Positions 39,021-50,040 of a DNA stretch of 64,000 nucleotides are shown here, one piece after another (within the stretch, counting starts at the first letter, position 1; every line of letters begins with the position of its first letter). The position numbers were made by a program, and so were the translations under genes. Source of the DNA: an uncultured Gemmatimonadaceae bacterium (lineage in GTDB: Bacteria; Gemmatimonadota; Gemmatimonadetes; Gemmatimonadales; Gemmatimonadaceae). The stretch spans positions 32,001-96,000 of the forward strand of contig CAWFQK010000006.1 in assembly GCA_963817955.1 (NCBI GenBank). Reading direction: 5' to 3'. The notes beneath the pieces were generated by a model. It worked only from the letters and a program-made list of their open reading frames with translations, was not told the DNA's origin and searched no databases.

Positions 39021-39851
39021 ATGCGCACTCCCAATCCACAACGACGCACCAGCACGCGACAGCAGCACACACGTGGCCGGACGCGTTTCGCGTGGGACGT
39101 CATGTTCCGCACGCTGCGTTTCATTGGTCGATACGCGTCCAATGCGTACGCCATTTTCGGCATTTTCCTGCTGTCCGGCGCCGCCATCGCAGTCGTCTGT
39201 ACCTGGGCCTTCTCCGAAGTGGCTGAAGGCGTGCGTGCCGGCAGTACTCAAGGTTTCGACGACGCGGTGATGCGCTGGATTGCGCAGCACCAGTATGCGC
39301 CGGTCCAGAGCATCATGCTCGAGGTGACGCCGCTGGGCACAGGCTCCGTCGTCGCGATGATCGTCCTCATCGCCGGGATGTTCCTCTGGTTGAACCAGCA
39401 CAAGCACTCCGCCGCGCTCCTGGTGGTCGCGACGCTTGGCGGATTGGTGCTCGATCAGTTGTTGAAGATCGGCTTCAATCGGCCACGTCCGGAGGTCTTC
39501 ACCTGGGGCACGCGCGCGGTGAGCTCCTCGTTCCCATCCGGGCACGCCATGAGCTCCGTGATCGTCTACGGTACGGTGGCCTATCTTGCGGCGCGTCTCC
39601 AGCAGAACCTGACGTCGCGTGTGATGACGATGGGGCTCGCTGCCTTCATAGTCATTCTCATCTGCTCCAGCCGTCTGTACTTGGGCGTCCACTACCCGTC
39701 CGACGTTCTCGCCGGCGTGATCATCGGCTTGGCGTGGGCGGGTTTCTGTATGGCCGTCCTCGAGGCGGCCCAGCTCTACGCCAAGTACAATGCTCCGCAG
39801 CTGCTCCAGGACGAACGGCCAGCGCCGAGCGGCGCATCGCCGTCCTCGTGA
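39021..39851 (+). CDS. PAP2 family membrane phosphatase
   Basis: K...NRPRP, SFPSGHA, SRLYLGVHYPSDV; start set at MRTP. Confidence 0.92.
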   Translation: MRTPNPQRRTSTRQQHTRGRTRFAWDVMFRTLRFIGRYASNAYAIFGIFLLSGAAIAVVCTWAFSEVAEGVRAGSTQGFDDAVMRWIAQHQYAPVQSIMLEVTPLGTGSVVAMIVLIAGMFLWLNQHKHSAALLVVATLGGLVLDQLLKIGFNRPRPEVFTWGTRAVSSSFPSGHAMSSVIVYGTVAYLAARLQQNLTSRVMTMGLAAFIVILICSSRLYLGVHYPSDVLAGVIIGLAWAGFCMAVLEAAQLYAKYNAPQLLQDERPAPSGASPSS

Positions 39852-39917
39852 ACGGCTGAGCAGCTGAGCGGGCGGAGCATCGGCTCACCGAATCCACGCG
39901 ACGGTCACTAGATTCTC

Positions 39918-41180
39918 GTGGCCGTGGCCCACGATCCGTACGCATCGCTTCGCGTCAAGAGTTACCGATGGTTCATCGTCTCCCTGCTGACGATGACCAT
40001 CTCCTCGCAGATCCAAGGTGTCGTCGTCGCCTGGCAGATCTACCACATCACGCATGACCCGCTGTCGCTGGGACTGATGGGTCTGGCGGAAGCACTCCCA
40101 TACATCGGCCTGTCACTCTACGCCGGTCACATCGCCGATCGGATGAATCGGCATGTCGTCGCGATCGCATCGCTCGCGCTGATGCTCGGGTGTTCGTTGA
40201 CGTTGCTCGCGTTCAACATCCTTCCCGAGTTCCTCCAGCGGCACGGCGCAATGCCCTTCTACGGCGTCATATTCGTCACGGGCATCGCGCGCAGCTTCCT
40301 GCAACCGTCGCGCAACGCGCTCGGCGCCGAGTTGATCGACCGCTCGCTCTATGCGAATGCGGTGGCGTGGCGCAGTTCCACCTGGCAGACGGCCGCCGTC
40401 GTTGGGCCGGCACTCGGCGGGTTGATCTATGGTTTCGCCTCTCCCCGTGTTGCATACATCGCCGACGCCGTGATGATGGGCGTGGCGGTGCTCACGTTCT
40501 CATGGATCGAGTACACCCCGCGCGTCATCACCACGATGCGTGAATCCATCGGCGACAGCCTGCGCCAAGGGCTGCGATTCGTGTTTCATGAATCGGTGCT
40601 CCTGTCGGCGCTGACGCTCGATCTCTTTTCCGTTCTCCTCGGTGGTGCCGAAGCACTATTGCCGGTGTTCGCCGATCAGATCTTGCACGTGGGGCCGGAG
40701 GGACTCGGCGTGTTGCGCGCCGCCCCCGCGGTGGGCGCGGTGGTCGCATCGGTATATCTGGCTCACCAGGCGCCGTTCCAGCGGGCAGGCAAAACGATGC
40801 TATATGCCGTGGCAACCTTTTCGCTGTGCATCGTGGGGTTCGGCCTGTCGCACAGCTTTGCGTTGTCGCTGCTACTGCTCGCCATTAGCGGCATGGCCGA
40901 CAACGTCAGCGTCCTCATACGGTCGACGCTGCTTCAGGTCGTCACTCCCCCGCACCTGCTGGGGCGGGTGGGATCTGTCAATTCCATCTTCGTCGGCTCG
41001 TCGAACGAGCTCGGCGCATTCGAGTCGGGCGTTGCGGCGCGTCTGCTCGGCACGGTTGCATCGGTCGTGCTCGGCGGACTCGCTTCACTGGGCGTCGTGG
41101 GGACGATTGGCGCAACCGTTCCACGGCTTAGACGCTTGGGCGGAATCCATGAGCTGACCCCAAAAGAGCAGGTTGCGTAG
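39918..41180 (+). CDS. MFS transporter (EntS/MFS_3-like)
   Basis: About 12 TMs, GHIADRMNR, LLPVFA..IL, RSTLLQ..TP..LLGRV, SNELGAFESG. Confidence 0.9.
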   Translation: MAVAHDPYASLRVKSYRWFIVSLLTMTISSQIQGVVVAWQIYHITHDPLSLGLMGLAEALPYIGLSLYAGHIADRMNRHVVAIASLALMLGCSLTLLAFNILPEFLQRHGAMPFYGVIFVTGIARSFLQPSRNALGAELIDRSLYANAVAWRSSTWQTAAVVGPALGGLIYGFASPRVAYIADAVMMGVAVLTFSWIEYTPRVITTMRESIGDSLRQGLRFVFHESVLLSALTLDLFSVLLGGAEALLPVFADQILHVGPEGLGVLRAAPAVGAVVASVYLAHQAPFQRAGKTMLYAVATFSLCIVGFGLSHSFALSLLLLAISGMADNVSVLIRSTLLQVVTPPHLLGRVGSVNSIFVGSSNELGAFESGVAARLLGTVASVVLGGLASLGVVGTIGATVPRLRRLGGIHELTPKEQVA

Positions 41181-41320
41181 CCGATCGGTTACCATTCGAC
41201 CACTTTTTACTGGTTTTTTGGAGAAACATCTCCCAGAATTTGCATTTTGTGCAGGATTTGCGATACATTTTGCAGTCAGAGCCGCGCTCATATAACCAAG
41301 TTCACGAGGTTTCGCCTGCA

Positions 41321-43543
41321 ATGCCTGCGTCCACTATGTCGTCTCGGCAAATGGTGATCCGAGAGATCACCGAACGTGAAGTACACACGCCTGCGGGCGT
41401 GAGCGGAAACGGTGTGCATCCGCGCACGTCCGAGTACTTCGGCGTGAACACGTTTGGCGTGAGACAGATGCGTGACAAGCTGCCCCGCGAGACGTACGCC
41501 AAGCTTCTCGACGCCGTTCGCCACGGAAAGAAGCTCGACATCGAGGTGGCGCCACGTGTGGCGCAGGCAATCAAGGAGTGGGCGATCGGGCATGGCGCGA
41601 CGCACTTCACGCATTGGTTCCAACCGCTGACGGGACTGACCGCCGAGAAGCACGACGCCTTCCTGTCGTTCGACGACGGCCAACCCATGGAGACGTTCGG
41701 TGCCTCACAGCTCATCCAGAGCGAGCCCGACGCGTCGAGCTTTCCGAGTGGTGGCCTGCGCGCCACCTGGGAAGCGCGCGGCTATACGGCCTGGAACCCG
41801 GCGAGTCCGGTGTTCATTGCGGAATGGGCAGGCGTGAAGACGCTGTGCATTCCGTCGGTGTTCGTCGGCTACAACGGCGAGGCGCTCGACGAGATGACGC
41901 CGCTGCTGCGCAGCTCCGATGCGCTCTCATCCAAGGCCATGGAGCTGCTCGAGCTGCTCGGCGATACCGGCGTCTATCGCGTCTTCACCACACTCGGCGC
42001 CGAGCAGGAGTATTTCCTTATTGATCGCGCGCATTTTGCCATGCGCCCGGATCTCGTGATGGCGGGCCGTACGCTCATCGGCGCCCCGCCGTCGCGCGGG
42101 CAGCAGCTCGAGGATCACTATTTCGGCGGCATTCCGGAACGCATCCAGGCATGCATTGCCGAGGTGGAGTACGAGCTGTATCGCCTCGGCGTGCCGATCA
42201 TGACCCGGCACAACGAGGTGGCGCCAAGCCAGTTCGAGATGGCACCGCGCTTCGAGGAGACGGACGTCGCGGTCGATCATAACCAACTCGTCATGGCAAC
42301 CTTGCGGCGCGTGGCGCTACGCCATGGGCTGCAGGCGCTGCTGCACGAGAAGCCCTTCGCCGGTATCAACGGCTCTGGAAAGCACTGTAACTGGTCGATG
42401 TCGATTGCCGCAGACAATCCAGACATCGACGGCTACAATCTGCTCCAGCCGGGTCAGACGCCGCACCAGAACATTCGGTTCCTGGTGTTCCTTGCGGCTG
42501 TGTTGCACGCCGTGCACAAGCACGCGGCGTTGCTCCGAGCCGGTATCGCCACGTCGGGTAATGAACATCGCCTCGGCGCCAACGAAGCGCCGCCAGCGAT
42601 CATTTCCGTGTTCATGGGAAACGGGCTGACGAAGGTCATCGAGGCGATCGCCGCTGGCAAGACGTTGGGCAGCGCCGATCAGCAGATGATCAAACTCGGC
42701 ATCGCGCGCCTGCCGGAGATCGAAAAGGACAACACCGATCGCAACCGGACATCGCCATTCGCCTTCACGGGCAACAAGTTCGAATTTCGCGCCGTCGGTT
42801 CGTCGCAGTCGATCGCATTCCCTATCGTGCTGCTCAACGCCGCGGTCGCTGAAGCCATTGGCGAGATCACGATGGCACTGAAGGCCGAGCTGAAGAAAAC
42901 GAAGAAGGTGGACGACGCGGTGTTGAAGGTGGTGCGTCCCATCTTCAAGGACACAACTCCGGTTCGCTTTGAAGGCAACAACTACTCGGCCGAGTGGGTC
43001 ATTGAAGCGGAAAAGCGCGGGCTTCCGAATCTCCGCCGCACGCCCGATGCGTTGGCGCAACTCGAGACGAAACAGTCGCGCAAGCTGCTGACGTCAATGA
43101 ACGTGCTCAGCAACGAAGAGCTCGCGTCACGCTACCACGTTCGCATGGAACGCTACATCAAGGACATGCTCATCGAGCTGCACACGCTGCGCGAAATGGT
43201 GGACACGCAGGTGTTGCCGGCTGGGTTCGACTGTATGGGCCGTCTGTCGAAGAGCGCGGCGCAGGCCAAGACCGCCGGCATCACGTCCATTCCGCAGATC
43301 GCAGCAGCGAACGCGCTGGGCGAGATGATCACGGAGCTCCAGATACGCCGTGTCGCGCTTGGCAAGGTAATCGACGACACCGAAGCACTGCACGACAACA
43401 TCGAGAAGCAGGCGAATCTGTTGACCACGGTGGGGGCCGATGTCATGGCCCAGGTCCGCGCCTGTTGCGACGCACTCGAGGTGTCCGTGAGTGATGACTG
43501 CTGGCCGCTGCCGAAGTATCGGGAGATGTTGTTTCCGGTGTGA
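41321..43543 (+). CDS. glnN: Glutamine synthetase type III
   Basis: HFTHWFQPLTGLTAEKHD, EPDASSFPSGG, HNEVAP, HEKPF.G.NGSGKH, RLGANEAPP, RNRTSPFAFTGNKFEFR, WPLPKY.EMLF. Confidence 0.95.
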   Translation: MPASTMSSRQMVIREITEREVHTPAGVSGNGVHPRTSEYFGVNTFGVRQMRDKLPRETYAKLLDAVRHGKKLDIEVAPRVAQAIKEWAIGHGATHFTHWFQPLTGLTAEKHDAFLSFDDGQPMETFGASQLIQSEPDASSFPSGGLRATWEARGYTAWNPASPVFIAEWAGVKTLCIPSVFVGYNGEALDEMTPLLRSSDALSSKAMELLELLGDTGVYRVFTTLGAEQEYFLIDRAHFAMRPDLVMAGRTLIGAPPSRGQQLEDHYFGGIPERIQACIAEVEYELYRLGVPIMTRHNEVAPSQFEMAPRFEETDVAVDHNQLVMATLRRVALRHGLQALLHEKPFAGINGSGKHCNWSMSIAADNPDIDGYNLLQPGQTPHQNIRFLVFLAAVLHAVHKHAALLRAGIATSGNEHRLGANEAPPAIISVFMGNGLTKVIEAIAAGKTLGSADQQMIKLGIARLPEIEKDNTDRNRTSPFAFTGNKFEFRAVGSSQSIAFPIVLLNAAVAEAIGEITMALKAELKKTKKVDDAVLKVVRPIFKDTTPVRFEGNNYSAEWVIEAEKRGLPNLRRTPDALAQLETKQSRKLLTSMNVLSNEELASRYHVRMERYIKDMLIELHTLREMVDTQVLPAGFDCMGRLSKSAAQAKTAGITSIPQIAAANALGEMITELQIRRVALGKVIDDTEALHDNIEKQANLLTTVGADVMAQVRACCDALEVSVSDDCWPLPKYREMLFPV

Positions 43544-43580
43544 GGAGACGGACGCTAGACGGTGGACGCTAGCAATTCGG

Positions 43581-43616
43581 AAGAGCGGTGCGACGAATGT
43601 CGCACCGCTCTTTCTT
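43581..43616 (+). terminator. Rho-independent terminator after GSIII
   Basis: Perfect 14-bp stem AAGAGCGGTGCGAC/GTCGCACCGCTCTT, GAAT loop, T-rich tail. Confidence 0.8.
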
Positions 43617-43683
43617 GGCCGTTCCCTTCCTTTTTCCCTTTCCTCTAGCGGCTCACCGGCACCGGCGAGTAATTACCTGTACT

Positions 43684-45502
43684 ATGCCCGACGAAATTTC
43701 GCGTCGTGATTGGTTGAAGACCGTTGGCGTCGTCGGCGCCGGCGCGCTCGTGCCGCACGATGCGCTGGCGATCGAGGTGCCCGGCGTCGCTGCTCACGTG
43801 TTGCCAACCATCGTCACCGCGCCTGGCGCGACTGGAGACATTCTCGAGCTGACGTCGACGAGCGAGATCTTCACGCCGCCGCGCGGCCGGTCCTACATGA
43901 AATTCAGCTTCGACTTCCCCGAGCCAAGTGTCGTATTCGGGGACTATCGATTTGGGTTTCTCGTGTTCACCGACGAGAACACGTATGGACTCGATCGAGC
44001 GAAGATGCGCGTCGAAGGTGACGGTGAACAGCTGCGATTGATCTGCGATGGGTTTGTCTGGGCGGGCGGCCAGGAGAAGGCGCCCGGGCGGCTGGTGGCA
44101 TCGCTACGGCGGAATGGGTCCACCATCGAGTGGGATGCGGTGGTCGAGATGGACCGTCCGATCAAGAGCATCACGACGATCGTGCGTGGCGTGCCGCGCG
44201 GCCAGCTTTCGTTCGGCGGCGGCGGCTTTGCCGATCCGCGCGACGGTGAGTCGCTCGCCGGTTATCCGTTCGGCGGCGGAGATCTGCACGGCCCCGGTGC
44301 AGCATCTGGCATGACGACGCCGCTGCTCATGATTCAGACGTCCCCCGGCGATGTCGTGTACCTGTCATCGCTCGACAACAATGTTCGTCCCAAGCGGTTC
44401 TACCTCGCGCCGGGTGAGACGACATATCGTGTCGAGGCAATCTACGAGCACGATGCGTGGCGGAACGACCATCGCGTCGAGATGCCAGCGTGGCGGCTGG
44501 GTCGCGCCGCTGGAGCTGACGACGCCGCGGCAGCACACATGCAGCACGTCGAGCGAGCCTTCGGCCTCCCGGATTTCCAGACACGACCTGACGTGCCGAG
44601 TTGGATGCGACGGATCGCAATGGTAACGACGTTGCACGGGCAGCATTACACCGGGTTCATCTTCAACGATTACACCGCGCAACTCGAGATTCTGCGCTGG
44701 ATGGCGACGCAGATTCCGGCCGATCGCGTTCTCGTATTCCTCGCGGCGTGGGACGGGCGGTACTACTGGGATTATCCCAACTATCGCGTGTCCGATCGGA
44801 TGGGAGGCGAGGCGGGCTTTCGGCGCCTCATTGACGAGGGTCAACGCCTGGGTTTTCGCATGATGCCAATGTTCGGCACGAACGCGGCGAACCGGCACCA
44901 GCCCGTGTGGCCCACCATTGCCGACGCAATCACGCAGAAGATCGATGGCGACGTCTACAATCTGAACTGGGTCGATTGGAACAATGACCGCCATCAAGAC
45001 GGCTGGCTCGCGTACATGAATCTCGGCACCGATTCCTGGCGCACGCATCTGGAAGGACGGATTGCCGAGATGGTCGAACGCTATCGCGTGGACGCGTATT
45101 TCCTCGACATCGCCGGCGGTCATGTGAACAGCACGAATGGCGACATGCACCAGGGCACGCGGCGCCTCGTTGAATCGTTGCGGCAGCGGTATCCCAATGT
45201 CGCGTGTGTGGGCGAAATGCCGTATGACGCGCTGCACGCCTTCATTCCGATGTATCACGCCGGTGGCGGGGCACGCTGGCAGAAGTACAGCCGCATTCTT
45301 CCAGCATCTGAGCGCGCCTGCCCCGGGACGAGGGAGTAGCGGCGTACACGAGTCCGGCTTTGGACGGTTCAACAACGACACGCTGTCGCTGTCGCCAAAC
45401 GCGATTCCAACACTGCAGGTCGTCGACGACACCTTCACCAAGTATCGCGACGTGATGACGGCGATCATTCAACGCGCCAAGCAGCGCGCGGGCATCGCAT
45501 GA
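43684..45502 (+). CDS. Tat-exported hypothetical protein, glycoside-hydrolase-like; apparent +1 frameshift near 45295
   Basis: SRRDWLK Tat motif; W/Y/D-rich barrel-like half with DAYFLD; after YSR the protein-like reading continues in the frame ending at 45502, which overlaps araD (ATGA). Confidence 0.7.
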
Positions 45503-46212
45503 GCCCGGGCGACTCGCTCTTGCGGCTTCGCGAGGATGTGTGTGACGCGAATGTCGAGATTGCGCGGCGCGATCTGGCGCGATTCACGTTCGGTAATGCG
45601 AGCGGTATCGATCGCCGCCGTGGGCTTGTCGTCATCAAGCCGAGCGGCGTGTCGTACGACGATCTGCGTCCGGGGAATCTGGTCGTCGTCGACCTCGAGG
45701 GTCGCGTGGTCGAAGGTAAGTTGCGGCCGTCGTCGGATCTGCCGACACACCTCGTGCTGTACCGCGCGTTCGCGGGGATCGGCGGTGTCGTACACACGCA
45801 CTCGCATTACGCCACGGTCTGGGCGCAATCTCAGCGCGAAATTCCCTGCTTCGGCACGACGCACGCCGATTACTTCCACGGACCAATCCCAATCACGCCG
45901 TACTTGGCCGGCCCGGACATCAGTTCGGAGTATGAGCACAACACCGGGCTCGCGATCGTCCGTCGTCTCGAAGGCATCGATCCGCAGCGGATGACGGCCA
46001 TTCTCGTTGCCAGCCATGCCAGTTTCTGCTGGGGGCCGACCGTTGGCGATGCAGTCGAGACCGCGTCAATTCTCGAGGAGGTCGCCGAGATGGCGTACCG
46101 GACCGTGGCGCTGAACGCTGCCGCTGATCCAATTCCGGCGGTGCTTCTCGACAAGCACTTCTTCCGCAAGCACGGCCCGGGCGCATACTACGGACAGTCC
46201 GGCGGCGATTGA
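45499..46212 (+). CDS. araD: L-ribulose-5-phosphate 4-epimerase
   Basis: TFGNASG.DR, IKPSGV, PSSD.PTH, HTHS, GTTHADYF.G.IP, LDKHF.RKHG..AYYGQ. Confidence 0.93.
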   Translation: MSPGDSLLRLREDVCDANVEIARRDLARFTFGNASGIDRRRGLVVIKPSGVSYDDLRPGNLVVVDLEGRVVEGKLRPSSDLPTHLVLYRAFAGIGGVVHTHSHYATVWAQSQREIPCFGTTHADYFHGPIPITPYLAGPDISSEYEHNTGLAIVRRLEGIDPQRMTAILVASHASFCWGPTVGDAVETASILEEVAEMAYRTVALNAAADPIPAVLLDKHFFRKHGPGAYYGQSGGD

Positions 46213-46236
46213 CCGCGGCCTTCCAACCTCAGTGAC

Positions 46237-48387
46237 ATGACCCGTTCGAGACGCGATTTCCTCCAGGCATCCGCGGCCGCCGCGGCGGCATTGACCATTG
46301 GACCGCTCGAGCGTGCAGCGGGCGCTGCCGAAGCGCTGCCCGATGCGCCGCTGACCGGCGTGTCCGACATCAGGGCGTTCGAGCGCCAGATGCTTCGCGC
46401 GAGACCGCTCGCGCTCGAACAGGTGCGTGTGACCGGCGGGCCACTGAAACACGCGCAGGACCTCACGGCGGCGTATCTCCTCGAGCTCAACCCCGACCGC
46501 ATGATGGCGTACTATCGCGAGCGGGCCGGTCTACCGCGAAAGGCCGAGCCGTACGGAGGATGGGACGGTGGCGGGCGCAATCTCACGGGCCACATCACCG
46601 GCCATCACCTGTCTGCCGTGAGCTTGATGTACGCCGCGACTGGAGATGCGCGATTCAAGGCGCGCGCCGACTATCTCGTGCGCGAGTTGCAGGTCGTCCA
46701 GGACAAGCAGGGCGATGGCTATCTGGGCGCACTGGAAGGAGGTCGCGAAGCGTTCGTCGCACTCTCGAAGGGAGACATTCGTTCCGCGGCGTTCGACCTG
46801 AACGGGCTCTGGTCTCCCTGGTACGTGCTGCACAAGACATACGCAGGCTTGCGCGATGCGTACCGTTTCACCGGCAACACGCGCGCGCGCGATGTCGAGA
46901 TCCGGTTCGCTGCATGGGCCGAGGGCGTGCTCGCACCGCTCAGCGAGGTGCAGGTGCAGCACATGCTCGATACCGAGCATGGTGGCATGAACGAAGTGCT
47001 GGCCGATCTCTACGCCGACACCGGCGACAAGCGCTGGCTCGCTCTCTCCTATCGATTCGAGCACCACGCATTCACGGACGCGCTCAAGCACCACCAGGAC
47101 AATCTCTCGGGCAAGCACGGGAACTGTCAGATCCCCAAGCTCGTTGGCTCGGCGGCGCGGTACGGCTACACGGCGGACACGGCCGACATCGTCGCGGCGG
47201 CGTTCTTCTGGGATCGCGTGGCGCAGCACCACAGCTACGCCACTGGCGGCCACGGGCTCGCCGAGTATTTCGGACCGCCCGATCAACTGGGCGCCCGCGT
47301 GGACGGACGCACTTGCGAGTCGTGCAACGTTTACAACATGCTCAAGTTGACCCGGCGTCTGTTCTCGTTGAGTCCCGACGCCCACTACGCCGACTTTCAC
47401 GAGCGCGCGCTATTCAACCACATTCTTGCATCGATCGATCCAATCGACGGCCGCACGTCCTACATGGTTCCGGTGGGCCGCGGCGTTCAGCAGGAATACC
47501 AGAACATGCAGGAGAGCTTTACGTGCTGCGTCGGAACCGGCATGGAGAGCCACGCATTGCACGGCGATGGCATCTATTACGAGTCTCCTGACACGTTGTG
47601 GGTGAATCTGTTCGTGCCATCGTCGGCGAAGTTCACGACGGCGGGCGTCCACCTCACGATGGAGACCGGGTTCCCCGATGGTGACAGCGCGAAGCTGACG
47701 CTCACCATGCCGGCGTCAAAGCGGTTCACGCTCGCGGTGAGGCGCCCCATTTGGGCCGGCGACGATTTTGCCGTGAAGGTCAACGGCAGCATCGTTCCCC
47801 AGCCATCGCTCGCGAGCCTGCGCAATTTCGCAGCAGGAGGTCGCGGCGGCGCACCGGGCAATGAGGCCGCACAATCCAGCACGTATGTCGAGCTCAATCG
47901 AACGTGGGTCTCGGGGGACGTCGTGGAGCTCGTGCTCCCGAAGTCTATTCGGCTCGAGCCGACGCGCGACAACCACCAGGTCGCGGCGATCATGTGGGGT
48001 CCACTCGTGCTCGCCGGCGATCTCGCGCCGCGCCGCGAGCGGTCGTCAGCACCTGACGTACCGATTCCAGCGCTCGTCGCTGCCGATCGCCCGATCGCGA
48101 GTTGGATCGTGCCCACTGGGACTCGCGCCGGAGACTTTCGTGCACAAGGCGTTGCGCGCGTTGCAGCCCAGCCGGGCACGCCGGCGGATGTGTCTCTGAC
48201 ACCGTTCTATCGCACCCATCGCCGTACCTACAGCGCGTACTTCGATGTGCTCACGCCCGCCGAGTTCGATGCGCGGACCGCGAGCATGGCTGCTGAACGC
48301 GCGCGCATGCCAAAGATGGAATCAGATACCGTTGCCTACGTGCAACCCGGTGACGCGCCGGGTGAACGAGGCGCGGAACGTGGGTGA
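46237..48387 (+). CDS. Tat-exported GH127/GH146 beta-L-arabinofuranosidase-like protein (C-terminus possibly truncated)
   Basis: SRRDFL Tat motif, GH..GH.LSA, EHGGMNE, ESCNVYNMLKL, FTCCVGTGME. Confidence 0.88.
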   Translation: MTRSRRDFLQASAAAAAALTIGPLERAAGAAEALPDAPLTGVSDIRAFERQMLRARPLALEQVRVTGGPLKHAQDLTAAYLLELNPDRMMAYYRERAGLPRKAEPYGGWDGGGRNLTGHITGHHLSAVSLMYAATGDARFKARADYLVRELQVVQDKQGDGYLGALEGGREAFVALSKGDIRSAAFDLNGLWSPWYVLHKTYAGLRDAYRFTGNTRARDVEIRFAAWAEGVLAPLSEVQVQHMLDTEHGGMNEVLADLYADTGDKRWLALSYRFEHHAFTDALKHHQDNLSGKHGNCQIPKLVGSAARYGYTADTADIVAAAFFWDRVAQHHSYATGGHGLAEYFGPPDQLGARVDGRTCESCNVYNMLKLTRRLFSLSPDAHYADFHERALFNHILASIDPIDGRTSYMVPVGRGVQQEYQNMQESFTCCVGTGMESHALHGDGIYYESPDTLWVNLFVPSSAKFTTAGVHLTMETGFPDGDSAKLTLTMPASKRFTLAVRRPIWAGDDFAVKVNGSIVPQPSLASLRNFAAGGRGGAPGNEAAQSSTYVELNRTWVSGDVVELVLPKSIRLEPTRDNHQVAAIMWGPLVLAGDLAPRRERSSAPDVPIPALVAADRPIASWIVPTGTRAGDFRAQGVARVAAQPGTPADVSLTPFYRTHRRTYSAYFDVLTPAEFDARTASMAAERARMPKMESDTVAYVQPGDAPGERGAERG

Positions 48388-48411
48388 CAGATAGCGGGTG
48401 GTACGTAGGCG

Positions 48412-49998
48412 CTACGACGCCCTCACGTCCGCGGCAATCCGACGAAGCTCCGGAAGGATGTCACCGATCTGCACGGCATCAGAACGCGGGTCACCCATCG
48501 CGAAGTACAGCGATTTGTACATGCGGTATAGTCGTTCGTACGTCGCGTGCTCGCGCGCATCGGGCTCGACGATCGCGATAGGTCGGGCAGAGCTCGCGCT
48601 GCGCCTCTTCGATCGTCTGCTGAACGTTCCGGCGGCGAGGAACGCGAAGATCGCCGAGCCCAGGCTGGTGATCGACCGCTCCGGCACGAGCACCGGTTTG
48701 CCGAATACGTTGGCGTAGACGCTGGTTTAGAACATCGTTCTTCTGCGGGATGCCGCCGCCGTGGATCACCCGCTCGATCGGCACGCCATATTCCGCCATG
48801 CGCTCGAGGATCACGCGCGTATGGAACGCCGTGCCTTCGATCGCCGCGAACAGGTGATCCTGCGCCGTATGGTTGAGATTCCACCCCAGCGTGACTCCGC
48901 CGAGGTTCGGGTTCACGAGCACGGTGCGGTCGCCGTTGTCCCACGAGATGTGCAGCAGTCCCGTCTGGCCGGCGCGGAACGACTCGAGCCCGCTTCGACA
49001 GCTCCGCGACGGCTCGCCGCTGCGCGCCGCGAGCGACTTCGAACAGGTAACCCGTGGCCGAGAGACCGGCCTCGATGCCGACGTATCGCGGGTGGATCGA
49101 GCCATGGCACGACACCGCACAGACCCGGAATGCGATCGGTCTGCTTCGCGATCGCCATGATGCACGTCGCCGTGCCGATCACGTTCACCACGTCGCCCTC
49201 GGCGATACCGGCGCCGATCGCGTCCCAGTGCGCGTCGAACGCGCCGACGGGGATCGGGATCCCCTCGCGCAGAGCCCGAGCTTCTCGGCCCAGGCGGTCG
49301 AAGGCGTCCCGGCAAGTGATCGGACGTGAGATAGCGTGCCGCGCAGCAGGTCACGCGCGCCGGCGAGCAGCGGGTCGACGCTTCGCGAGAAAGCTCTCGG
49401 CGGCAGGTCGCCGTCATCCACAGCCACTTGTGCCCCATCGCGCAGATGCTGCGCGGCACGTCGTCGATGATCGGTGATGCCACAGAGCACGCCGGCGACC
49501 ATGTCGCAGTGCTCGAGCGCGGCGACGAGCGAGCCGCGCTTGTCAGGGTTGTGGCGCAGCCAGTGCAGCAGTTTGGCGAACCCCCACTCCGACGAATACA
49601 CGCCGCCGCAGAAGCGTCGATCGCGCCGAGGCACTCGCGCCTTCGCCACTCGAGTGATCAGCGCGGCTTCCTCGTGCGCGCGGTGATCGCACCAGAAGTA
49701 GTAGTCGTCAAGCGGCACGAGGCCCGTCCCCACCGGGATGACGGTCGAACCGGTGGTGTCGAGCGCGAGCGCCTCGATGCGCGTCCGGCCATGCCGGCGA
49801 CGCTCGAGCGCGGTCTGCATCGCGGGGACGAGCGCGCTCATGTGCGCTTCGTGCGATTGCGTGGCGAAGTCCGGGTCGTTGCGGTCGCGCTTCACCGGAA
49901 TACTCGGCCACACCCCGCCGAGCGGGCCGCGCGCGCTGTCCACGAGCGAGACGCGCACGCTCTGCGTGCCGAAATCGACTCCGGCCACGATCAGGCAT
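48412..49998 (-). pseudogene. araB: L-ribulokinase (FGGY family), multiply frameshifted
   Basis: Fragments in alternating frames: [78 protein letters not shown]. Confidence 0.82.
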
Positions 49999-50040
49999 GG
50001 AGTTCGTTTGCTGCCGTCCGCCTCCGGTCTGCCGTCTGCA

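Noticed and set aside
41200..41300. NtrC/sigma54 sites upstream of glutamine synthetase III
   Set aside because: AT-rich with TGCA half-sites, but the spacing does not fit the NtrC consensus and no clear -24/-12 motif is present
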